NCBI GenBank assembly: GCA_950097015.1
Contig: CATNEN010000039.1
Coordinates: 14,446,001 to 14,510,000, forward strand
Direction of reading: 5' to 3'
DNA from: Macrostomum hystrix
Taxonomy: Eukaryota > Animalia > Platyhelminthes
DNA: 64,000 nt
The notes under the pieces were generated by a model that made no database searches, had not been told where the DNA came from, and worked only from the letters and a program-made list of their open reading frames with translations. Both the position numbers and the translations under genes were made by a program. Positions 13,337-23,778 of this stretch are shown piece after piece (within the stretch, counting starts at the first letter, position 1; each line of letters opens with the position of its first letter).

Positions 13337-14415
13337 TCAGATGCCATTCTGTTGGTTTGTGACGTCTTGTCAGTGTTATTATGGCCTACTTCACTAATTC
13401 AGTTGCACTCAGATGCCATTCTGTTAGTTTGTGACGTCTTGTCAGTGTCATTATGGCCTACTTCACTAATTCAGTTCCTGTCAGATGCCATTCTGTTGGT
13501 TTGTGACGTCTTGTCAGTGTTATGATGGCCTACTTCACTGATTCAGTTGCACTCAGATGCCATTCTGTTAGTTTGTGACGTCTTGTCAGTGTTATGATGG
13601 CCTACTTCACTGATTCAGTTGCACTCAGATGCCATTCTGGTAGTTTGTGGCGTCTTGTCAGTGTTATTATGGCCTACTCCAGTAATACAGTTGCTGTCAG
13701 ATGCCATTCTGTTAGTTTGTGACGTCTGGCAGTGTTATGATGGCCTACTCCAGTAATACAGTTGCTGTCAGATGCCATTCTGTTGGTTTGTGACGTCTGG
13801 CAGTGTTATGATGGCCTACTCCAGTAATACAGTTGCTGTCAGATGCCATTCTGTTAGTTTGTGGCGTCTTGTCAGTGTTATGATGGCCTACTCCAGTAAT
13901 ACAGTTGCTGTCAGATGCCATTCTGTTGGTTTGTGACGTCTGGCAGTGTTATTATGGCCCACTCCATTATGCAGTTGCTGTCAGATGCCATTCTGTTAGT
14001 TTGTGACGTCTTGTCAGTGTTATTATGGCCCACTCCAGTAATACAGTTGCTGTCAGATGCCATTCTGTTAGTTTGTGACGTCTTGTCAGTGTCATTATGG
14101 CCCACTCCAGTAATACAGTTGCTGTCAGATGCCATTCTGTTAGTTTGTGACGTCTTGTCAGTGTCATTATGGCCCACTCCATTATGCAGTTGCTGTCAGA
14201 TGCCATTCTGTTAGTTTGTGACGTCTTGTCAGTGTCATTATGGCCCACTCCAGTAATGCAGTTGCTGTCAGATGCCATTCTGTTAGTTTGTGACGTCTTG
14301 TCAGTGTCATTATGGCCCACTCCAGTAATGCAGTTGCTGTCAGATGCCATTCTGTTAGTTTGTGACGTCTTGTCAGTGTCATTATGGCCCACTCCAGTAA
14401 TGCAGTTGCTGTCAG
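13337..14415. repeat. 72-bp minisatellite, ~15 copies
   Basis: Unit starts tcagatgccattctgttagtttgtgacgtcttgtcagtg; 24-aa periodicity in the ORF track. Confidence 0.95.
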
Positions 14416-14857
14416 AACTGAGACGGCGACAAAGAAAACATAGACATTGGCATAATCTCGAAGGGAGATCACTCAAAAAACCCCTGGATGCCGAAAAAAG
14501 GAAAAAATTAAAAAAGGGCTGAACGCAACGAGGCTGCGCCAGTAGGGCCGACTGTGTTGAAGACTTGCTGATTAATTTGGTTTCTCAATTCCCGATGCTT
14601 TTTTCAGTAGAGATTCAGACAGCATGAAACACAGCAGCTCATTAAGATACAGAAGCCAGTGTCGTAAAAAGGTCCCATGCAATTATCAGTGTTCTGTTTC
14701 GAGACACAATAAGAAACAGAAGACATATCAAAACAAAAAACTTGAAATAATAAGTTATATGTCCAAAGTGACATTTGAGTGAAGTGAATTGTTGCTTTTG
14801 CTAATGTGCAATGGGTGTCAACAGAGCTGTAAACGCGATTATCTCTCCCACCAAGAT

Positions 14858-15008
14858 CGTTCGATTCCGCGGCGAGGCCACATTCATTTGCAGCGTACAC
14901 TGCCTGACGATTTGAAAGTCAAGGGCAGATGTACACACCTGTGTGAGCGTGTGAGCTAAGGAGTCAGCGGAATGGACAGAACTGCCTGCTCGCTGGCTGC
15001 GGGTCTAG
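14858..15008 (+). mobile_element. Truncated, internally deleted copy of SINE family A
   Basis: B box gttcgattcc plus body segments matching 15220-15474. Confidence 0.8.
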
Positions 15009-15166
15009 AGTGATGCGCCAGCTTATAATAAAATTAAAACATATTTTAATAAGCCAATATTACGCATGCATCTATTTTTATATTGCTGGTTCCAACTAGG
15101 AATTATAAAGCAAGCTAGAAAACTGCTTCCAGCTTATGTAGTAGGCACACTAAAGCTAGCCTAAAG

Positions 15167-15533
15167 GGGGGTCGGTGGCAGAGCGGTTAACGCATTTGCC
15201 TCTCGCACTACGGTCCCTAAGTTCGATTCCACGGCGAGGCCACATTTATTTGGGGCGCAGCCGCAGGGAAAAGGCTTGGGGGCTTGTCGTGCAATTTACG
15301 CCCTTAAGGGCCAACCTCCAAGGCACAGTGAAATGTACACTGCCTGACGATGAGAAAGTCAGGGCAGATGTACACACCTGTGTGAGCGTGTGCCTGTGTA
15401 CAGTATCTGTGAGCGTGTGTGCTCAGGAGTCAGCGAAATGGGCAGAATTGCCTCCTCGCTGGCTGCGGGTCTAGTGTCACCAAATGATGTACCTTTGACC
15501 GCAGCCCTCCTGCAATTATTATTATTATTATTA
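15167..15533 (+). mobile_element. Full-length tRNA-derived SINE (family A) with target-site duplication
   Basis: A box tggcagagcgg, B box gttcgattcc, (ATT)n tail, and direct repeat taaagctagcctaaag at 15151-15166 and 15534-15549. Confidence 0.92.
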
Positions 15534-16523
15534 TAAAGCTAGCCTAAAGATTTGGCAAGTAAAAAAAGACAACAAAAAAATTAGATTGATCGTAATTAGC
15601 AAAGCTGCACGTATTTATTTTTTCTCGCTACATTAATTTTACAGCTACAGTGCATCTTTGTGACGCTGTGATGATGCAATGAGGGTGCTGTGACGCCAAT
15701 CATAGAAAATCCAAGGTTGGAGATAGCGGATGGCTTGGGCAAAGAAGAGGCAAGTCAGGTTACACAAACAGTTTGAAAGAGAAAATAATTATATAAAAAC
15801 ACCAGCTGAGAGATCTCCCGAATTCATGATTGTGTTGTCTCAAATGGCAATCATTTTCTACATAAGTAGGCATTTTTAATGATATGATAATGATAATTTC
15901 ACTGATTTTTTCATAATTTTCTACCCTTGTTTATGCTTCCCAGATTTTGTTTTAAAAAGCTACGTAAAAACTCTGAAATTGTACGCAAAATCCGGAATAT
16001 TTTACGCAAAAACCCGGAGATTCACGCGAAAACTCGGAAAATGTTACGTAAAAGCTTGACAATTGACGTAACTGTTAGTTACAAAGAGGCTAAGTAAAAA
16101 GTAAAAATAAATTGATTAATCACTATTTCATAACACGTTCACTAAAAGACAATTTGTCTAACCTCTAAAACAACATTTTCTTGTTTTACCCCTGAAACTT
16201 CGAGATTTCGCGGTAGTTGAGGGAGTCGCCCGAACAGTCTAGAATTGTTTTGTGACATAGCAAACCTGATAACAGGTGAGGGTTTGAGTAATTTGAGACT
16301 AAGGCACGAAAGAGTTTAAAATGTCGATGTAATGGGATGAGTTGAAGGGGGGAGACCCAGGTGAAGAAGGAAATCAGATTAAAAAGGTTCCGAAAAACAG
16401 AGAACCCTTGCTCAGACTAATACGAGCAACTACAAATGTAATTTAAAGTGCCACCCGATATGCGTCGAAAATGCTATAACTCGACTGCACCATTTTGCGA
16501 AAATAGAAAAAAATTAAACAATA

Positions 16524-19500
16524 TCATTCCATCGCGTCGTCATCATTGTATTGCCGACTCTCTAGACGATCTCCGTCTGACTCTTCGTTAGCCTCTCTGC
16601 GTCTGCTCTTTCGCTTCGTCAGTCTGTCAGCAAAGTGCCTGCTCAGGTTTGAGTCCAGGTGAGTCAACGGTCGGTCAAGTCTGGCAGCGGTCTCCACCGC
16701 TTGCACTGTGCGCACCTCGTATTTTTCAGCTGCGTAGGCGACTGAGAATGGAGAACCGGAGCTGCCGACACGGCCGATGCGGCCGAGCCGATGCAGGTAC
16801 AGGGCGGGGAAGCCGGGTAGGTCGCAATTGATGATCTGGCTACACGCGCGAGTATCTAGGCCGCGACTAGCCAAGTCGGTGGAAATCAGCATCTGCACAG
16901 GGGGATGCGATGCGACTGGGTGTTAGTAACTGACTCTATCCAAAGAACTAGCTTTTCTAAACTTTTCACAAACTAGTTATTGCTCACGGTCCTCCACCTT
17001 CACACACAAGTATAGACATACACAGAGGACTCACGGTCCTCCACCTTCACACACAGGTATATACATACACAGAGGAATCACGGTCCTCCACCTTCACACA
17101 CAGGTATATACATACACAGAGGACTCACGGTCCTCAACCTTCACACACAGGTATATACATACACAGAGGACTCACGGTCCTCAACCTTCACACACAGGTA
17201 TATATATACACAGAGGACTCACGGTCCTCCACCTTCACACACAGGTATATACATACACAGAGGACTCACGGTCCTCCACCTTCACACACAGGTATATACA
17301 TACACAGAGGACTCACGGTCCTCCACCTTCACACACAGGTATATACATACACAGGGGACTCGCGGTCCTCCACCTTCACACAGATGTATATACATACACA
17401 GGGGACTCACGGTCCTCCACCTTCACACACAGGTATATAAATACACAGGGGACTCAGGTCCTCCACACAATTATACCATGGCTGTACGAATATATATCGT
17501 AATATTTATCCATACGATATCTATAGTAGTAGAAATGAAAGTTAATTAAAGCAATTGGAGGCAGTTAATGCGAAAAGCAATTGAAACTTGCTTCATTGCT
17601 TCTTTTTTCGACCCTTCATGACTGCTTAACGGGATTCTATTTTAGGGGCAGAATAAGTTTTCTTGACTGTATCGGCACCAGGCAGTTGCATAAGACATAG
17701 ACGCCTAAACCTGATTGCAGTGCGTCAAGCGTCATGGTCATGGATGACGAGGAGGATAGTATGACTCGACGCCGCAAGTGGATGCGAAATTACATGCAGA
17801 AACGCGGGCAGTCAGCAAGACGCGGTCATGGCAACGCTAGTCGCGAACGTTCGCCGTTCCGAGCCTTAAATGCAACTGCACCGAGTTGCTCAGTCGCTAG
17901 CGGCTCTGGCAACCGCATCATCGACAGTGACAGTGAGCAGGTCCCCCTCGTCGCCGGCTCGAATGCAGACGATGAGTGCCAGTCACGTTCGGACACACAC
18001 GACGATTCCGCTGGCACCTCCATAGCGTCCCACCACACTGCCGTACAGGTCGACGAAGAGGACGATGTGGAACTCGATGGGGGTAAGCATCGTTGCATCA
18101 ATGCAATTCTAAAACATTTTCACCGACTTCTCAAAGACACCACTGTAGTGTACATTCCTGCTCCACGTCTCCCACATAGGCGACCTCGACGGCGGCTCGA
18201 ATGCAGACGAAGAAGGTGGAGACGAAACTCGTCCACTCGACGCCAGGCTGCTAGAGCAATGGTGCCCGGGACTGCCGCATACTTTAGGCGAAGCGCTTTA
18301 TGAGGTTAACTCGTGCGCGGAGGACCTCCGACTGTCCCGTGAGAAGTTTACGAGACTGCTGAAATGCTGCACCGCCTCGTGCCTAACAACAAGCTGCGCA
18401 GCACTGTGAGCTGCGCGGGATGCAATGAAGTCAGCTCAGTCTTTTTCTGGAAGAACACCTTGCTGGACAGTCTGCAACGATTGTACATTCTGGCATGATG
18501 CTAATCTGGCACGGATTTCTGCGTCCACTGCGGAGGACGCAGCGTTGCAAATTTCTGGCACTTCGACATTCAGATGCAGTTGCAGGCAATGGTAATGTGG
18601 CGTGGAATGCTCGACAACATTGTCTTCCCTGCCGACCGGGACGTGGATCCCGAGATTCTCAGCTTGGGTAGCAGTGATTTATACCAAGACTTCCTGGACA
18701 GCATTGACGCTGAAAGTCACAGCGACATTTCGGCGATAATCTGTTCGGATGGCTTTCCGCTGAAGACGACAAGTGCAGTGGAAGTGTGTCCGTTTTATCT
18801 GTGCTTCGTCGAGGTGCCCGACAGATACAAGTTACGATATGTACTGAAACTGGGAATCTGGGTAGGAGCAAAAAAGGTGCATCCGGAGGCATGTCTGCCT
18901 AAAGATAGTTGATGGACTCAACCATCTGCGCCTCAACGGTATTTCGTACCGTTGAGGTTTCGATGCGATGGTGATATGATGGCCGAGGCGATCGCTGCTG
19001 TCAACCAGCTTGGCAACGATATTAAGCAGAAAAAGCGACTGCGTGAGCCTGCCTCCGGTGTTGGAGATTTGTCCAATAAATATTGCTTATTTATGTAGTC
19101 TGGTGATGTGGCGACACATACTCTTAATCGTATACTCTTAATAGTTTTTTTCCAGTCAGTTTATTTCAATCATAATTTTTCATAATCATAATTTCGGCAG
19201 CTGTATCAGTGCTTTGCTATACCTTATCATATTCTCATTGCTTTGTGCTTTTTCAGTGTTACTTTTAGTATATAACTGAATTATTTCATCGAAATATAAC
19301 TTCAATAACATCAATCCTTTTGTCAAGTTCTCTCCCTCCATTAAATTCACACAGGTGTCGTTCCGTTTTCGCTCATTGCATCAATTTTTATACGCTTAAT
19401 CATCTCAAATCTGAAAATTTCGAACACTTTCTATCGCTTTCTGGACTAATTATCCATAAATCTTTAAATTCAGCTTTTCAGGTTGAAAAAATAAAGTTTC

Positions 19501-22458
19501 GATCGAAATGTTTTCGTCAAATGACTTCGTTAATTGCATTTGATGCTTTTATCTATTTTGTGTTTGATGATGGGTCATGGTCAATCCTGATTGAAAATAA
19601 GTTTTCTTGTTGGTTTTTTTGCTATGAATTTGTTTGCACAATTAAAGTTCTGCACAGTCCTGCTCAAATTGTCTATAGTTAAAATTGATTAAATGTAAAT
19701 TGATTAAAAATGCACGCTGGATTCGCTATATGTACTTGGCAATTGATTATACTGACTTATATTGTAGGACGACTATATAGTATGAAAAATATAAATGATG
19801 TGCCGCTAATTAACTAGACTAGATAGGCTATAGCAACAAAATTCTTAACTGAAACTTCTTGGCCGCACATGTTCAGACTTGAGAGTTACTTGCCGAACTT
19901 GTTAAGTACTTTCCAAGTACTTCTCAAGTTTTAGCACAACGCTTACTAAGCACTTGTTAAGTAGTTACAGTTTCCATTTTGCGGGTATGACAACACTATC
20001 TACCTGAGAATATGACAACACTATCTACCTGAGAATATGACAACACTATCTACCTGAGAATATAAACCTATCTACCTGAGAAAGGGACAACCTTTTCTAC
20101 CTGAGATTATGATTACAACAATATTTACCTAAGATCATGACAACAAAAGCAGCAAGTATGTTTTAACCCACCGGAAGCTGTCCATCAGAGAATGCCTTCA
20201 TCAGGTCGCGCCTACGCGAGACCCGTAGATTGCCGTGCAAAGCGACAGCATCATTAGAATCAACAGCATCGGCCAGCTCCTTGGCTGTGGCCACAGAGTT
20301 GCAGAACACAATAGTAGACAATCTACGTTGGAGATTGCGCCGAATTCGAGCCAAGCAGAGCGCCTGTTTCGTGTCCCGACTGGCTCGGATAAACAGCTGG
20401 GCAGTTTGAGCAGGCGGCCGGTGAGCAAACGGTGTGGCTACTTTGAAAAATGACTCACTGGGCACCAGACCAGGACCAAGGGCTTCGTCTAGGCTTGGCG
20501 GCATGGTGGCTGAGGCTAGCACCACCTGATGGATCGATACGGAACAAGGCGTGAGGTTTTATTAGGGGTGAGATTTGCTTGTTTGGTGTGAGATATGCTT
20601 GTTTGGGGTGAGATATGCTTGCTTGGGGTGAGATATGCTTGCTTGGGGTGAGATATGCTTGTTTGGTGTGAGATATGCTTGCTTGGGGTGAGATATGCTT
20701 GTTTGGTGTGAGATATGCTTGTTTGGTGTGAGATATGCTTGTTTGGGGTGAGATATGCTTGTTTGGTGTGAGATATGCTTGCTTGGGGTGAGATATGCTT
20801 GTTTGGGGTGAGATATGCTTGTTTGGTGTGAGATATGCTTGCTTGGGGTGAGATATGCTTGTTTGGGGTGAGATATGCTTGCTTGGGGGAGGGATACTTG
20901 TTTTGTGAGCGTTTTGTTTGTTTAGAAAGAGCTCAAAAGAGGCAAGATTTACTGTGGAAGAAACTCTCAAATGATTTGCTACTGAGATTCTGTTATCTTA
21001 TCACCGATCTGTTATCTCACCACGTTAACCCAGCCCTAACGAACTCACCTGAGTTCCCAAAGGTATTCCTCCCTGCGGCCGCTCAGTCTGCAGGAACAGG
21101 CGCCTCATCATGCGGCCCAGATCCCGTCTAAAAGAGTCGTCAAGCAGGCAGTCGGCTTCATCCAGTACGCAGGCGGTTGGCATCAGAGGCTGGCCGATAT
21201 CACTTCGCATTCGCAGCAGCTCGTCTAGTCCATTGGGAACGCCGACAATTACAGAGAATGCGGGCGAATCAGCCGGTTGGACATTGGTTAAAGCCGCTGC
21301 CGCCTCGGTTGCCACGCCAACCAGTAGATCCAATCGCGAACAAAGATCCTTAGCAACCGTAGCTATCTGATCAGCCAAATCCATTGTTGGACAGGCGATT
21401 AAAATGCATCTAAGATTGCGTTTTACACCTTCCGGCATTGACAGCAGGTTGCTAAGCAACGGAGCCAGGTAGGCCAGGGTCTTGCCATTGCCGGTCTCGG
21501 CTAAACAGGACGTGTTGCAGCCGGACAACAGTGGACCAGCAGCCATGCACTGGATCAAGGTTGGCCGCTTCGATCTCACACTGGCTGCGGCGGCTGCTGC
21601 CACGCTCGGATGTAAGCCGAGCTGGGCAAAGTCTGAGATTGGAGACTCGATGTTTACCTGGTGGAAGCTGTTGGATCGGCCCTGGAATGACGGTTGGGGT
21701 TTAGGGGCGGATAGGATGGGTTTAGGGGCGGATAGGATGAGTTAAGGGGCGGAAAGGATGGGTTTAGGGGCGGATAGGATGAGTTAAGGGGCGGAGAGAA
21801 TGAGTTAGAGGGCGGAAAGAATGGGTCAAGGGGCGGAAAGGATGGGTCAAGGGGCGGAAAGAATGGGTCAAGGGGCGGAAAGGTTGGGTTTAAGGGCGGA
21901 AAGAATCGGGTCAAGGGGCGGAATGAATGGGTCAAGGGGCGGAAAGGATGGGTTTAGGGGCGGAAAGGATGGGTTTAGGGGCGGAGAGAATGAGTTAGAG
22001 GGCGGAGAGGATGGGTTTAGGGAGACCTGGGAGCCTGGGAGACCACGGATAGTTTGACGAGCGAATATGGATACACTGAAGCTAACCTGAGCCAATATGG
22101 TGAAATAATCGCCCACACTCTTGGAGGCATTGAGCCAGGAGCCGCTAGCCAGCAACTGGTTGCCAAAGCTGGGCGGATAAGCCTGGCCCACAATGCAATT
22201 CTTGCGCTTGTCCTTGGCAACAATCAGCATGCGACTGCGCTGCTTTTCGGACACGTCGCGATGCTTTTCAACAAACTCGGCGTCCCTACGCAGCAGGCCC
22301 TGAGGTAGTAAGATTCGCTCCGGCTCGGGATCCGGCGTAGGGCCGCCCTCAGCTTCCAACAGGACGCGAGCTCTAGCACGACTGTGATAGGCTGAGCACT
22401 GCAGCTGCCGCTGCTGCTGCTGCAGGCGGAACAGCAGGCGATTGATGATTCCAGACTG
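16524..22458 (-). CDS. DDX28: DDX28-like mitochondrial DEAD-box RNA helicase, 4 exons, no genomic initiator ATG
   Basis: Exons 22458-22087, 21681-21049, 20525-20172, 16892-16524, all phase 0 with GT-AG junctions. Q motif (DFAQLGL..PTLIQ), AETGNGKT, DEAD, SAT, TDLASRGLD, HRLGRIGRVG; N-terminal LASGSW...GDYFTI resembles DDX28. Confidence 0.85.
16983..17466. repeat. 47-bp intronic minisatellite, ~10 copies
   Basis: Unit ggactcacggtcctccaccttcacacacaggtatatacatacacaga. Confidence 0.95.
17734..19985 (+). mobile_element. Decayed CACTA/EnSpm DNA transposon inside DDX28 intron 3
   Basis: Frame-broken transposase segment SDGFPLKTTS..VCPFYLCFVEVP...LGIWVGAKK resembles animal EnSpm transposases. Candidate right end tttgcggg at 19985 with subterminal acttgttaagta repeats; left end not seen. 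Confidence 0.7.
19986..20145. repeat. Short degenerate 25-bp tandem repeat
   Basis: Unit tatgacaacactatctacctgagaa, next to the donor at 20171. Confidence 0.8.
20565..20888. repeat. 21-bp intronic minisatellite (DDX28 intron 2)
   Basis: Unit gagatatgcttgtttggggtg. Confidence 0.95.
21696..22022. repeat. 21-bp G-rich intronic minisatellite (DDX28 intron 1)
   Basis: Unit approximately gggcggaaaggatgggtttag. Confidence 0.92.
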
Positions 22459-22474
22459 CTGGAAACAACAGAGG

Positions 22475-23580
22475 GGAAGATTAATCTGAGGATCTGGGAT
22501 AGGGTTATGGGGGAATTAATCTGAGGATCTGGGATAGGATTATGGGGGAATTAATCTGAGGATCTGGGATAGGATTATGGAGGAATTAATCTGAGGATCT
22601 GGGATTAGTTTGTCGGGAAGATTAATCAGAGGATCTGGGATTAGGTTGTCGGGAAGATTAATCAGAGGATCTGGGATTAGTTTGTCGGGAAGCCCTGTAA
22701 AAAATTCGGCTGCTTCTTCGGCGGGTTTTTGTGCAAAATAGGAGTGGAATCTACCAAAATCCCCCCTATCTCGCAAGAGTTAAAGAAACCACCCAGGAAG
22801 CAGCCGATAAAACCGTAAATTGTGCGGAAACCGCCGAAGAATCACCCGAACCAGTGGCCCATGGGACAACCAGATAATTATTTACGGGCGATTCCTCGGC
22901 GGTTTCTGAGCATGGAATCTTCCGAACTGGAGGATTCTTTGGGTGATTCCATTTCGCCACCAAGAATCACCGAGAAAACGCCCAGTTGGGTAGATTCTAA
23001 GCATGGAATCAACCGATTGGTATGTTTCCAGCGTTCGGCTGTTTCTTTTTCTGGAAACACCGCAGATTCCAACTGGAATCACCCAAAGAAACATCCCTAT
23101 TTTTTAGCGGGAGATTAATCTGAGGATCTGGGATTAGGTTGTCGGGAAGATTAATCTGAGAATCTGGGATTAGGTTGTCGGGAAGAATTATTTGAGGATC
23201 TGGGATTAGGTTGTCGGGAAGATTAATCTGAGAATCTGGGATTAGGTTGTCGGGAAGATTAATCTGAGAATCTGGGATTAGGTTGTCGGGAAGATTAATC
23301 TGAGAATCTGGGATTAGGTTGTCGGGAAGATTAATCTGAGAATCTGGGATTAGGTTGTCGGGAAGATTAATCTGAGAATCTGGGATTAGGTTGTCGGGAA
23401 GAATTAATCTGAGGATTTGGGATTAGGTTGTCGGGAAGAATTATTTGAAGATCTGGGATTAGGTTGTCAGGAAGATTAATTTGAGGATCTGGGATAGGAT
23501 TCTGGGGGAGTTAATCTGAGGATCTGGGATAGATTGTAAGGGAGATAAATCTGAGGATCTGGGATGGAATCGTAGGGAGA
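22475..23580. repeat. 36-bp minisatellite in the PPIL4-DDX28 spacer, split by a MITE
   Basis: Unit ggaagattaatctgagaatctgggattaggttgtcg. Confidence 0.93.
22693..23111. mobile_element. Non-autonomous CACTA/EnSpm-like MITE, 419 bp
   Basis: Imperfect TIRs ccctgtaaaaaat / atttttagcggg; 2-bp TSD (ag) restores the interrupted repeat unit; many direct and inverted ggaatc-like subterminal motifs. Confidence 0.8.
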
Positions 23581-23778
23581 TAAAATATTACTAAATCCTA
23601 AAATCTAAGCTAGGACCATAAACTGGAAACTGCCGCAAGCGATTAGGAAATATAATTATATTAACGAATGCACACAGATTATAAATTTACAAATTTAGAT
23701 TAATGACAATGTTTAGTTCGCACATGCAACAGGGAGTACGGTTTCGCGATTGTTTGCTAAATGCCTGAGTTATCATCG

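Noticed and set aside
15335-15375. Possible hammerhead ribozyme core (CTGACGA...GAAA) in the SINE
   Set aside because: Stem II and stem III cannot form; the sequence folds as a simple hairpin.
4837-16524. ELM2-SANT gene as a fourth operon member
   Set aside because: About 6 kb gap, its own CpG-rich CCAAT region and a plausible cis donor at 10680; not fully excluded without SL data.
21696-22022. Telomere-like TTAGGG sequence
   Set aside because: Only isolated motifs within a 21-bp unit, not a hexamer tract.
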